Part shown: positions 1 through 12,316 of the stretch, in pieces
Layout: the number at the start of each line of letters is the position of its first letter
Numbering within the stretch: position 1 is the stretch's first letter
NCBI GenBank assembly: GCA_040256005.1
Contig: JBDZWC010000043.1
Location: 1-20,839, forward strand
Reading direction: 5' to 3'
From: Deinococcaceae bacterium
Lineage (GTDB): Bacteria > Deinococcota > Deinococci > Deinococcales > Trueperaceae
Length of the DNA stretch: 20,839 nt
Program-made: the position numbers and the translations under genes
The notes under the pieces: model-generated
Told to the model about the DNA's origin: nothing
Database searches by the model: none
What the model saw: the letters and a program-made list of their open reading frames with translations, nothing else

Positions 1-2119
<2,119 letters not shown>

Positions 2120-2122
2120 TCC

Positions 2123-3091
2123 TCAGGTAGCCAGCACGGCGGCGATCTCGAGGAGCTCGCGGTCCACGTCCTTCTTGCTGTTGACGACGGTGTGAAGGTC
2201 GCGCTTGACGATCTCGCGACGGTCGGTGCCGACCATGATCCCGGCCTCACCCCGCAGCAGGGCCCGCACGGCGTGGAAGCCGAGCCGTGACGCCAGCACC
2301 CTGTCGCGCGTGCTGGGCGTGCCGCCGCGCTGCGTGTGGCCCAGGATCACGCTCCTGATCTCGTAGCCGGAGCGCTCCACGACGACGCGCTGCAGCTCCT
2401 TGGCGCCACCGGGGTAGGCCCCCTCTGCGACGACGATTATCGACGACGCCTTGCCGCGCTCCTGAGCCGCCACGATCATGTCGGCGACGTGCTCGGCGGG
2501 CACCGGCACCTCGGGGATGAGGATCGCCTCGGCGCCGCCCGCCACGCCCACGTGCAGGGCGATGTGCCCCGCGCGCCTGCCCATGACCTCGACCAGGAAC
2601 AGCCGGTCGTGGCTGGCGGCCGTGTCCCGTAGGCGGTCCACCGCCTCGAGGGCGACGTCGATCGCGGTGTTGAAGCCGATGGAGACGTCGGTGCCGTAGA
2701 CGTCGTTGTCGATCGTGGCGGGGATGCCCACGACGGACACGCCCTGCTCCTTCTCGAGCGCCAGGGCGCCCCTGAAGCTGCCGTCCCCGCCTATCACCAC
2801 CAGGCCGTCTATCCCCCTGCTCCTGAGGACCTCGGCCGCCTGCGCCCGTCCCTCCGGCTCGTAGAACTCCTCCGACCGGGCAGTGCGGAGGATCGTCCCA
2901 CCGCGCTGGATGATGTTCGCCACGCCGCGGGCCTGCAGCTGCTCGATGTCGTTCTCTATCAGGCCCTGGAAACCGCGGAAGACGCCCGAGACCAGCACGC
3001 CGTCGTGGATGGCCGTCCGGACGACGGCGCGTATGGCCGCGTTCATGCCCGGCGCGTCGCCGCCGCTGGTGAGTACGGCCACGTGCTTCAC
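2123..3091 (-). CDS. pfkA: ATP-dependent 6-phosphofructokinase
   Basis: VLTSGGDAPGMNAA, GGTILRTAR, IGGDGS, TIDND, EVMGR, LGHTQRGG. Start placed at GTG 3091 (MKHVAVLTSGG, 322 aa) because it matches the family N-terminus and has CATACT 8 nt upstream. Confidence 0.96.
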   Translation of the reverse strand: MKHVAVLTSGGDAPGMNAAIRAVVRTAIHDGVLVSGVFRGFQGLIENDIEQLQARGVANIIQRGGTILRTARSEEFYEPEGRAQAAEVLRSRGIDGLVVIGGDGSFRGALALEKEQGVSVVGIPATIDNDVYGTDVSIGFNTAIDVALEAVDRLRDTAASHDRLFLVEVMGRRAGHIALHVGVAGGAEAILIPEVPVPAEHVADMIVAAQERGKASSIIVVAEGAYPGGAKELQRVVVERSGYEIRSVILGHTQRGGTPSTRDRVLASRLGFHAVRALLRGEAGIMVGTDRREIVKRDLHTVVNSKKDVDRELLEIAAVLAT

Positions 3092-3099
3092 GAGCGGCC

Positions 3100-3108
3100 A
3101 GTATGCCA
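3100..3108 (-). promoter_or_regulatory. Extended -10 (TG-G-CATACT) of probably leaderless pfkA
   Basis: The minus strand reads TGGCATACT-ggccgctc-GTG, with no SD sequence. Confidence 0.55.
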
Positions 3109-3173
3109 TAGGTCGCTCGCTCGGCCCTGGCGCAGGGAGAGGCGATTCCGGTGCATGCAACAATGAGCCGCTG

Positions 3174-4316
3174 ATGGACTTCGTCGCGGTGAAGGAGACG
3201 GTGGCCGGCGAGCGGAGGGTGCCCGTGACCCCGCAGACGGCTCAGAAGCTCGTCCGCCTCGGGGCGGACGTTCGCTTGGAGAGCGGCATAGGCGCCAGCC
3301 TGCACATCGCCGACTCCGCCTACGAGGCCGCCGGAGCGACACTGGTGGACCGCCAGGTGCTGCTGGCGACGGCCGACGTCCTGCTCACGGTGCAGCCGCC
3401 GCCCCTCAGCGTCGTGGAGGCCCTGAAGCCGGGGGCTGTGACCGTCGGCTTCGTCGACCCGTTCTTCAACCACGACCTGGTGCGGGCCCTGGCCGCCCGC
3501 GGCCTCAGCTCCTTGTGCGTCGAGCTGATCCCACGCACGACCTACGCCCAGAAGATGGACGCGCTCTCCAGCCAGGCCAGCCTCGCCGGCTACGCGGCCG
3601 TGATCGTGGCGGCTCGGCACTCCCACAAGGCCTTCCCCATGATGAGCACCCCGGCCGGCACGATCTCACCAGCACGGGTTTTCGTCGTGGGTGCTGGGGT
3701 CGCGGGGCTGCAGGCCATCGCGACGGCCAAGCGTCTCGGCGCCAGGGTCGAGGCTTACGACACCAGGCCCGTCGTGAAGGAGCAGGTCCAGTCGCTGGGA
3801 GCTCGCTTCGTCGAGCTCGACGTGGGGGAGACCGGCCAGACGGAGCAGGGCTACGCGAAGGAGCTGACACCGGAGCAGCTGGAGAGGCAACGGCAACAGA
3901 TGGCCGCCGTGGCCGCCCAGGCGGACGTGGTCATCACGACCGCCCAGGTATTCGGTCGCCGGGCGCCGGTGATAGTCACCGAGGACATGGTCGCCGGCAT
4001 GAAGCCCGGGAGCGTCGTGGTAGACCTCGCGGCCTCGACTGGCGGCAACGTCGCCGGCAGCCGCTCCGGTGAGGTAGTGGTCACCCCCAACGGCGTGACG
4101 ATCCTCGGCTTCTCCGACCTGCCATCCTCGGTCGCGCTCGACGCCAGCCAGATGTACGCGAACAACCTCTACAACCTCGTCGAGCACGCCTGGGACGCCG
4201 AGGACAAGTCCCTGAAGCTCGCCGAGCCCGATGAGATCGTGAGCGGCTGCCTGCTCACCCACGGTGGGGCGGTGCGCGACGACCGCGTCCGCGCGGCCCT
4301 GGAGGCCACGGCATGA
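3174..4316 (+). CDS. pntA: NAD(P) transhydrogenase subunit alpha part 1 (NAD(H)-binding dI)
   Basis: KETVAGERRVP, RTTYAQKMDALSSQASLAGY, VVGAGVAGLQAIATAKRLGA, GYAKE, MKPGSVVVDLAASTGGN. Start at ATG 3174 rather than 2883, which would overlap pfkA. Confidence 0.95.
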   Translation: MDFVAVKETVAGERRVPVTPQTAQKLVRLGADVRLESGIGASLHIADSAYEAAGATLVDRQVLLATADVLLTVQPPPLSVVEALKPGAVTVGFVDPFFNHDLVRALAARGLSSLCVELIPRTTYAQKMDALSSQASLAGYAAVIVAARHSHKAFPMMSTPAGTISPARVFVVGAGVAGLQAIATAKRLGARVEAYDTRPVVKEQVQSLGARFVELDVGETGQTEQGYAKELTPEQLERQRQQMAAVAAQADVVITTAQVFGRRAPVIVTEDMVAGMKPGSVVVDLAASTGGNVAGSRSGEVVVTPNGVTILGFSDLPSSVALDASQMYANNLYNLVEHAWDAEDKSLKLAEPDEIVSGCLLTHGGAVRDDRVRAALEATA

Positions 4317-4597
4317 CGATCCTGTTGCTCCTGTTCATCTTCGTACTGGCGATCTTCCTGGGCCTGGAGCTGATACAGAAGGTCCCTTCGCAACTTCACA
4401 CGCCGCTGATGTCGGGTTCGAACGCGATCTCCGGCATCGCGATCGTGGGGGCGATCGCCTCGACAGCCGTCGGTGGCCCGTTCTCGAACGTGCTGGCCTT
4501 CGTGGCGATCGTGCTGGCGTCCATCAACGTGTTCGGTGGGTACCTCGTGACCGACCGCATGCTGGGCATGTTCAAGAGCGGCAAGAAGGGGCGCTGA
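4313..4597 (+). CDS. pntAB: NAD(P) transhydrogenase subunit alpha part 2 (membrane)
   Basis: VPSQLHTPLMSGSNAISG, INVFGGYLVTDRMLGMFK, three hydrophobic segments, and an ATGA overlap with the upstream gene. Confidence 0.95.
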   Translation: MTILLLLFIFVLAIFLGLELIQKVPSQLHTPLMSGSNAISGIAIVGAIASTAVGGPFSNVLAFVAIVLASINVFGGYLVTDRMLGMFKSGKKGR

Positions 4598-4599
4598 GG

Positions 4600-5967
<1,368 letters not shown>

Positions 5968-5982
5968 CGGTGTATCACAAAA

Positions 5983-6003
5983 CTTGACATGACCGCACTC
6001 AAG
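5983..6003. promoter_or_regulatory. HAIR operator (HspR-associated inverted repeat)
   Basis: CTTGACA-TGACCGC-ACTCAAG versus the consensus CTTGAGT-N7-ACTCAAG (right arm perfect, left arm 5/7), directly upstream of clpB. Confidence 0.85.
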
Positions 6004-6013
6004 TCCATATCCT
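5984..6013 (+). promoter_or_regulatory. sigma70-type promoter of leaderless clpB
   Basis: TTGACA (5984-5989), 18 nt, TATCCT (6008-6013), 6 nt, ATG (6020). Confidence 0.8.
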
Positions 6014-6019
6014 GCGGGT

Positions 6020-8599
6020 ATGGACCAAGGGCGCTTCACCGAGGCCGCGCTCGAGATGGTCGCCAGCGCTCAGCAGGTGGCCCGGGCGAGGCAACATCAA
6101 CAGGTAACCCCCATCCACCTGCTCACCGCGTTGCTGGCGGACGCCGGTGGCGTGCCTTCGCGTGTGGTCGAAGCGGCCGGCGGTTCGGCGGACGGCGCCA
6201 GGCAGGCACTGAACCAGGAGCTAGAGAAGCTGCCCAAGGTCTCCGGTGCGGGGGGCGAGCTCTACCTCGCTCCCGAGACGGCGCGCGCCCTGCAGGACGC
6301 GAACCAACTGGCCGAGTCGTGGGGCGACTCGTACGTGGCTCAGGACGTGTTGCTGGTCGCCGCGCGCCGCGCCGCGCCCGGGTTCAAGGAGCTGCCGGAG
6401 GCGGCCCCACTAGAGGAGGCCGCCAAGCAGATCAGGGGAGGCAGGTCGGTGGACACCAAGACAGCCGAGAGCACCTTCGACGCCCTGGAACGCTACGGCA
6501 TCGACCTCACCCAGCGCGCCCGCGAGGGCAAGCTGGACCCGGTCATCGGCCGCGACGAGGAGATCAGGCGCACCATCCAGATCCTCCTGCGGCGCACCAA
6601 GAACAACCCGGTGCTGATCGGCGACCCGGGCGTCGGCAAGACCGCCATCGCCGAGGGCCTGGCTCAGCGGATCGTCAACAAGGACGTGCCCGAAGGCCTG
6701 CAGGGCAAGCGCATCGTGCAGCTGGACATGGGCAGCCTGTTGGCCGGCGCGAAGTACCGCGGGGAGTTCGAGGAGCGGCTCAAGGCGGTCGTGCAGGAGA
6801 CGACCAAGTCTGAGGGCGAGATCGTCCTGTTCATCGACGAGCTGCACACCATCGTCGGCGCCGGCAAGGCCGAGGGTGCCGTGGACGCGGGCAACATGCT
6901 GAAACCAGCGCTGGCGCGCGGCGAGCTGCGCATGATCGGCGCCACGACGCTCAACGAGTACCGCGAGATCGAGAAGGACGCAGCTCTCGAGAGGCGGTTC
7001 CAGCCCATCGTCGTGGACGAGCCCAGCGTCGAGGAGACCATCAGCATCCTGCGCGGCATCAAGGAGAAGTACGAGGTCCACCACGGCGTGGAGATCTCCG
7101 ACCCGGCGCTGATCGCGGCCGCTCAGATGGGCAACCGCTACATCACCGACCGCAAGCTGCCGGACTCCGCCATCGACCTCGTGGACGAGGCCGCCAGCCG
7201 CATCCGCGTGCAGCTCGAGAGCATGCCGGAGGAGATCGACACGCTCAGGCGGCGCAAGATGCAGCTCGAGGTCGAGCGCGAGGCCCTGAAGCGCGAGGAG
7301 GACCCCGACTCGCAGGCGCGGTTGGTGCGCATCGAGGAGGAGCTCAAGGCCATAGCTGACCGCATAGGCCAGGCGCAAGCGGACTACGAGGCCGAGAAGA
7401 CGCTCTTCGAGCAGTGGCGCAAGGACCAGGGCGAACTGGACCGCGTTCGCACCCAGATCGAGATGGCAGAGCGCGACTACGACCTCGAGACCGTCGCCCG
7501 GCTCCGCTACGGCGAGCTGCCGCGGCTGGAGGCCGAGGTGAAGGAGACCGCGGCCAAGCTGGAGGACGCCAAGTACGTGAGCCTCTCGGTCGGCGAAGAG
7601 GAGATCGCTCAGGTGGTGGCTCGCGCGACCGGGATCCCCGTCTCACGCCTCGTCGAGGGTGAGAGGGAGAAGCTGTTGGGCCTCGAGGACGCCCTCCACG
7701 AACGGGTCGTGGGCCAGGACGAGGCCGTGGAGGCCGTGGCGGACGCCATCAGGCGCTCGCGCGCCGGCCTCTCCGACCCCAACCGTCCCATCGGCTCGTT
7801 CATCTTCCTCGGGCCCACCGGTGTGGGGAAGACCGAGACCGCCCGCGCGCTGGCGCAGCAGCTCTTCGACTCGGAGGACCGCCTGGTGCGGCTCGACATG
7901 TCGGAGTACATGGAGAAGCACACCGTCTCCAAGCTGATCGGCGCCCCGCCGGGGTACGTCGGCTACGAGGAGGGCGGCCAGCTCACCGAGGCGGTCAGGC
8001 GCAAGCCATACAGTGTCCTGCTCTTCGACGAGATCGAGAAGGCGCACCCCGACGTCTTCAATGCTCTGCTTCAACTACTGGACGATGGACGTTTGACGGA
8101 TTCGCAAGGGCGAACTGTGGACTTCAGGAACACCGTAGTCATAATGACGAGCAACATCGGCAGCCCGCAGATACTCGAGGCCAGCGCGTCCGGAGCGTCG
8201 TACGAGGAGATGAAGGCCACGGTGTTCGGCCTGCTGCAGCAGCAGTTCCGGCCCGAGTTCCTCAACCGCATCGACGACGTCATCGTCTTCCACGCCCTGG
8301 ACCGCAGCCAGGTGGCGTCCATCGCGGCGATCCAGCTCGCACGGCTGCAGGAGCGGCTGGACGACAGGCGCATCACCCTGGACATGACGCCGGAGGCGAT
8401 GGAGCAGCTGGCGCTGATCGGTTACGACCCCGTGTTCGGCGCGCGCCCGCTCAAGCGCATGATCCGCGAGCGCATCGAGACGCCCATGGCGAAAGGCATC
8501 ATCGCGGGCGACTTCCAGGAGGGCGACACAGTGAGGGTGCTGCCCGCCGCGGACGGCGGCTTCAGGCTCGAGGTCCAGGAGCCCGTGGCGGCGAACTGA
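6020..8599 (+). CDS. clpB: ATP-dependent chaperone/disaggregase ClpB
   Basis: Two AAA+ modules ([15 protein letters not shown] and [16 protein letters not shown]), [24 protein letters not shown], and a long coiled-coil middle domain. 859 aa. Confidence 0.98.
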   Translation: MDQGRFTEAALEMVASAQQVARARQHQQVTPIHLLTALLADAGGVPSRVVEAAGGSADGARQALNQELEKLPKVSGAGGELYLAPETARALQDANQLAESWGDSYVAQDVLLVAARRAAPGFKELPEAAPLEEAAKQIRGGRSVDTKTAESTFDALERYGIDLTQRAREGKLDPVIGRDEEIRRTIQILLRRTKNNPVLIGDPGVGKTAIAEGLAQRIVNKDVPEGLQGKRIVQLDMGSLLAGAKYRGEFEERLKAVVQETTKSEGEIVLFIDELHTIVGAGKAEGAVDAGNMLKPALARGELRMIGATTLNEYREIEKDAALERRFQPIVVDEPSVEETISILRGIKEKYEVHHGVEISDPALIAAAQMGNRYITDRKLPDSAIDLVDEAASRIRVQLESMPEEIDTLRRRKMQLEVEREALKREEDPDSQARLVRIEEELKAIADRIGQAQADYEAEKTLFEQWRKDQGELDRVRTQIEMAERDYDLETVARLRYGELPRLEAEVKETAAKLEDAKYVSLSVGEEEIAQVVARATGIPVSRLVEGEREKLLGLEDALHERVVGQDEAVEAVADAIRRSRAGLSDPNRPIGSFIFLGPTGVGKTETARALAQQLFDSEDRLVRLDMSEYMEKHTVSKLIGAPPGYVGYEEGGQLTEAVRRKPYSVLLFDEIEKAHPDVFNALLQLLDDGRLTDSQGRTVDFRNTVVIMTSNIGSPQILEASASGASYEEMKATVFGLLQQQFRPEFLNRIDDVIVFHALDRSQVASIAAIQLARLQERLDDRRITLDMTPEAMEQLALIGYDPVFGARPLKRMIRERIETPMAKGIIAGDFQEGDTVRVLPAADGGFRLEVQEPVAAN
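6437..6451 (+). promoter_or_regulatory. Internal SD plus GTG start for an N-terminally truncated ClpB isoform
   Basis: GGAGG (6437-6441), 7 nt, in-frame GTG at 6449 (Val144, in IRGGRSV). Equivalent to the known internal start in E. coli clpB (RGGESV). Confidence 0.65.
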
Positions 8600-8649
8600 A
8601 GTCCGAGCTAGGTGCAAGGGCTGGCAGGCCCAGTGCGGACCACGCGAGA

Positions 8650-8682
8650 GCGCCGACGCCCCGTAGATGGGGGCGTCGGCGC
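8650..8682. terminator. 13-bp hairpin, probable terminator between convergent clpB and the lipoprotein array
   Basis: GCGCCGACGCCCC-gtagatg-GGGGCGTCGGCGC is a perfect stem; there is no clear U-tract. Confidence 0.7.
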
Positions 8683-8702
8683 GCTCGGGTTCGGCTAGCG
8701 CC

Positions 8703-8729
8703 TCCCGCTGGCTGCAGCGCCCAGCGGGA
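8703..8729. terminator. 9-bp hairpin just downstream of the lipoprotein remnant stop
   Basis: TCCCGCTGG-ctgcagcgc-CCAGCGGGA, 11 nt past the TAG at 8741-8743 on the minus strand. Confidence 0.4.
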
Positions 8730-8740
8730 TCAGAAGGGCG

Positions 8741-8832
8741 CTACTCGGTGGTGAAGCTGCGCAGCTCCGATTGCATGAACCCGGACGTGCGCCTGTACGC
8801 CGCCCTCGATCACATACGTCCCGGAGCCTCCT
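8741..8832 (-). pseudogene. Collapsed remnant of a fourth lipoprotein paralog (RBS plus C-terminal codons)
   Basis: The minus strand reads AGGAGGCTCC (identical to the RBS of the 13897 copy), then M*SRAAYRRTSGFMQSELRSFTTE* (8815-8741). RSFTTE* is identical to the C-terminus of the 12317-13897 paralog. Confidence 0.7.
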
Positions 8833-10471
8833 ACTCTGTCGTCACTTCGACGGAACCGGTGGAGGAGACCTGACCGGCGCCGCTGATCGTCCCGCCACCG
8901 CCCGCCGCCGCCACGCTGAGGGCCACGAAGTCTCCTAGGTAGCCCGCCCCCGTCACCGCGTCGTCCGTACTCGTCACGTGGTGGGTGGCGATCACCCCCC
9001 AGAAGTAGCTGGCGGACGTCGGTAGGCCCATGCCGAAGGTAGCCAGGTCGGGGAACGTTGCTGTCTCGGCCATCGTCGTGGTGGCGAAGACAGGTCCGAT
9101 CCCGGTCGGCTGCAGCAGGTAGGTCAGCACGCCTCCGGAGGTGTTCGCCACCGAGTAGACGGTAGAGCTGGTTATCCCGGTCGCGCCCTCTGCGGGGGAG
9201 ATCGCCGTGGCTGGCTGCGGCAGGTCGAGGTCTACCGAGTCACCGGACATGTGCCCAGAGGACCATGCGATCGTGGAGCTGCTCGCATCAGGAGCCGTTG
9301 GCGAACCTGTGGCGAGGACCGTGAGTGGGGCGCCACTGAAGAACGGTGCGATCAACGTCTCCGTCGCTGAGTCCGACCCGCCCGTTCCCAGAGCGAAGGA
9401 GGCGAACTGACCGTAGTGAGTGACGAGCGACAGGTTGGCGATGTCGTATCCCGGAGGCACGGAGACGTCGACAGTGACGCTGGCCTGGCCGGAAGCGTCA
9501 CTCAGGTTGACGTTCACCATCGCGTTGTCCGAGTCCGAGAGCAGCGTGGGCCCAGCGGTGCCCACAGCGACGATGGCGGTGGGTTTACCGCTGGCGTCCG
9601 CCTCGTAGACGTACGCTCTGACCCGTACGTTCAGGTCGTCGGGTTGCCACCAGGATGGGAATAGGTCGTAATCCGACTCGCCGACCCCCAGGTAGTCACA
9701 GGCCACCACGCTACCGTTGAGCCCCTCGAGACACACGGTCGCTCCGTGGTTCGCGGGGACCGGGATGAGCGAGGCGTGCGTCAGGGTGCCCGACACCGTG
9801 GCGCTGAGGTCCCCCGTCAGTCCGGAGATGATCGCGGAGATCGGCATGACCCGGGGCTCGGCAGCCGTCAGCCCTTCGAACCGATGGCCGACGGAGTTGG
9901 CCGTGTCCACGACCACAAGGTCGTAGGGCACCGTCATGTCACTGAGAGTGAAGCTGCCGTCCACCCCTGACACCACTGGAGCCTGCCCAGGCGAAGTGAC
10001 AGTCAAGCCCGCCAGTGGCGCTCCCAAGGCATCGATCAGGGTGCCGTTGACCTCCAGGAGTCCTACGTTGACTTCGAGGGTACGCTGCGCGTTGAGGCCA
10101 GTACCGACGGCCTGGACCGTCAGCACGAACGACGTAGGCTCGGCGTCAGGATCGTGGGCGTCCGTACTGACAGTCATAGTGCTCTCCAGCGTCGACCCGG
10201 TCAGCGAGGAGGGGCTGAAGGTGACGGTCACCCAGTCCGGTGCCCCGTCGACCTGCAACGCTAGAGGAGCTGTCGCCTCCGAGGATCGCGTCGCCGTCAC
10301 CTGGACCGTGCCGCTGCCGCCCAGGATCAGGTCCAGCGTGGCAGCGTCCAACTGGAGCGTCACCGACGCTCCCGGCCCGCCGCAAGCTGTGAGGACCGCG
10401 GCGAGGCCTACCGTCGTGATCCAGGTCAGGAGCCTGGCCGCGGAAACTGCTCTCGAGCTACCCGTATGCAT
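8831..10471 (-). CDS. Surface lipoprotein paralog C (probable Ig-like / carboxypeptidase-regulatory-like beta-sandwich domains)
   Basis: AAGGAGG-CAGC-ATG; lipobox LTA-C-GG; family motifs GAPDWV, DGSF..VPYDLVV, VCLEG..C, PAEGATG; ends VTTE. Domain assignment is by motif resemblance only. Confidence 0.85.
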   Translation of the reverse strand: MHTGSSRAVSAARLLTWITTVGLAAVLTACGGPGASVTLQLDAATLDLILGGSGTVQVTATRSSEATAPLALQVDGAPDWVTVTFSPSSLTGSTLESTMTVSTDAHDPDAEPTSFVLTVQAVGTGLNAQRTLEVNVGLLEVNGTLIDALGAPLAGLTVTSPGQAPVVSGVDGSFTLSDMTVPYDLVVVDTANSVGHRFEGLTAAEPRVMPISAIISGLTGDLSATVSGTLTHASLIPVPANHGATVCLEGLNGSVVACDYLGVGESDYDLFPSWWQPDDLNVRVRAYVYEADASGKPTAIVAVGTAGPTLLSDSDNAMVNVNLSDASGQASVTVDVSVPPGYDIANLSLVTHYGQFASFALGTGGSDSATETLIAPFFSGAPLTVLATGSPTAPDASSSTIAWSSGHMSGDSVDLDLPQPATAISPAEGATGITSSTVYSVANTSGGVLTYLLQPTGIGPVFATTTMAETATFPDLATFGMGLPTSASYFWGVIATHHVTSTDDAVTGAGYLGDFVALSVAAAGGGGTISGAGQVSSTGSVEVTTE

Positions 10472-10489
10472 GCTGCCTCCTTCGCACTG

Positions 10490-12061
10490 CTATTCCGTCG
10501 TGAAGGTCCTCGGATTGGCGATCTGGATCGACCCGGATGGTAGCGCCGGGCCGCCGGTGACCATCAGCTGGAGGTCGCCTATCGGGTACCAGCCCCCGTA
10601 CGCCACGGCGTCCACGCTTGCCAGGTGCGTCGAGCCCAGGACCTGCCAACTGTAGTCCGCGACGGCTGGGAGCGGCATTCCGATAGTCGAGAGGTCCGGC
10701 AGCGTCGTCTCGTTCCCACTGGTCGTGACCAGGAAGGTGGTCGGTCCGCTGAAGAGGAAGGTAGGTGGCGTCCCCGATGGGTTGTCGACCCGGAACGTGG
10801 TCGACAGGTTGACGTCCGTAGCCGCGTTGGCGGGGGCAACCTGTGTCGCGGGCTCCGGCATCACCAGGTCGACGACGCCATCAGACAGCTCGGTCGTCTC
10901 CCAGGCGTACACCAGGGCCGCCGTGCTGCTGGCGGCGCCGACCAACGCGACCGACGCTCCCGGGTAGTCAGGCAAGACGGCCGTGAACGAGTCGGACGGT
11001 GTGCCCAGCGGGAACGCGACGGTGCTGTTCTCGCCGTATGCGTACAGGACCATCACGGTACCCAGCGGCATGCCAGGCGGTGGAGTGACGTCGAAATCGA
11101 TCTCCACCGAGTTGGGCCCTTCCTCGAGCGCAACGTCGGCGAGGGCCACCATGCCGTCCGTGAGGTTGAGCGCCGTCTGTCCCTGGAACGGGTAGCCCGT
11201 CGCCTCGCCACCGGCGCCCATGTCGACGACCCACGCGCGGACGTGAACCTCGGCGGCCGTCCCTTCGAACCAGCCAGGGTTGACGGAGTACGCCGTTTCG
11301 CCCACGCCTACCGTGTCGCAGGTTCCGACGACGACCTTGTCGATCCCCTCGACGCACACGAACCCCAGCTGGTTGGCGCCCACGGGAGCCGAGAGGTCGC
11401 CGGACACGTTGGCGGAACTGGCCGAGCCGACCCCGTTCGTCGTCATCGGGGTCAGGTCGGTGGCGGTGAGGCCTTGGTAGACGTGCGCCCAGTCGTTCGC
11501 GACCTCGAGGACCACCAGGTCGTAGGGGATCACCACGTCGGGCACCTCGAACACGCCACCCGCATCCACAGCGACGGGAGTACTACCGTCAACCGAGACG
11601 CTTGCGCCGGTCACGGGCCTGTGGAAGATGTCGACGAGGGTGCCCCTCACTACCAGCAGGTCCACCTGGACCATGACCTCTTCGCTGGCCATGAGCCCGC
11701 CACCCACAGCCGTCACCGTTAGCGTGAACGACGTCGCTTGGATCGCGGGGTCCTCGCCGTCGGTGGTGATCGTCATGACGCTCTCGGAGTCGCCCCCGAC
11801 GAGCGTGGCGGGAGCGAACGACACAGTGACCCAGTCGGGTGCGCCGGTGGCATCCAGCGTGACGTCGGCAGACGCCCCGCCGCCGCGGGTGATCGTCGCC
11901 TCGGTAGAGCCCGTGCCACCCGCGATCACTTGGATCGTCGTGTCGCCGAGCTGGAGCGTGAGCGTGGGGCTTGGCCCGCACGCGACCAGGAGCACGGCGC
12001 CCATCAGCGCCGGCATCATCAGCCGTAGCCTGCCCAAGTGGTAGACCGCGGGTCGTCCCAT
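10490..12061 (-). CDS. Surface lipoprotein paralog B
   Basis: AGGAGG-CTTG-ATG (12061); lipobox LVA-C-GP; GAPDWV, IPYDLVV, VSGDLSAPVGANQ, VCVEG..C, PANAATDV; ends RTFTTE. Confidence 0.85.
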   Translation of the reverse strand: MGRPAVYHLGRLRLMMPALMGAVLLVACGPSPTLTLQLGDTTIQVIAGGTGSTEATITRGGGASADVTLDATGAPDWVTVSFAPATLVGGDSESVMTITTDGEDPAIQATSFTLTVTAVGGGLMASEEVMVQVDLLVVRGTLVDIFHRPVTGASVSVDGSTPVAVDAGGVFEVPDVVIPYDLVVLEVANDWAHVYQGLTATDLTPMTTNGVGSASSANVSGDLSAPVGANQLGFVCVEGIDKVVVGTCDTVGVGETAYSVNPGWFEGTAAEVHVRAWVVDMGAGGEATGYPFQGQTALNLTDGMVALADVALEEGPNSVEIDFDVTPPPGMPLGTVMVLYAYGENSTVAFPLGTPSDSFTAVLPDYPGASVALVGAASSTAALVYAWETTELSDGVVDLVMPEPATQVAPANAATDVNLSTTFRVDNPSGTPPTFLFSGPTTFLVTTSGNETTLPDLSTIGMPLPAVADYSWQVLGSTHLASVDAVAYGGWYPIGDLQLMVTGGPALPSGSIQIANPRTFTTE

Positions 12062-12099
12062 CAAGCCTCCTCGTGACCTACGTGTGACTTTCCGCGGTC

Positions 12100-12157
12100 A
12101 CGCTAGAGGAACGCGCTCATGGGTCGTGGAGGCGTTCTGCACACGTAGGAAGAGCGG
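12100..12157 (-). promoter_or_regulatory. Putative promoter of paralog B: -10 TAGCGT plus conserved upstream 18-bp motif
   Basis: TAGCGT at 12105-12100. Motif CACACGTAGGAAGAGCGG (+ strand 12140-12157) matches the motif upstream of paralog A at 15/18 positions and at the same offset. Confidence 0.55.
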
Positions 12158-12236
12158 CGGCGCACTCATGAGACCGCCGGTCGCTGCTGTCTCGTTCACC
12201 TCGGCATAGTCCGGAGAGTGGAGGTGGCGTGGCGCA

Positions 12237-12272
12237 AGGCGGGCGGCGACCTCATCGGTTCGCCGCCCGCCT
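12237..12272. terminator. 13-bp hairpin after paralog A
   Basis: AGGCGGGCGGCGA...TCGCCGCCCGCCT is a perfect stem 44 nt downstream of the paralog A stop. Confidence 0.65.
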
Positions 12273-12316
12273 GACGATCTCTGAGCCGCTCTCCTAGGCC
12301 GGAGCGGCGCTGCTGG

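Noticed and set aside
3666..3695. Short run of A/T-ending codons in pntA before the GxGxxG motif
   Set aside because: Only 6 of 10 codons, too short to distinguish from noise, unlike the clpB patch.
8601..8640. Possible nested stem-loop or small RNA after the clpB stop
   Set aside because: Stems are only 3-5 bp in GC-rich DNA and resemble no RNA family I recognise.
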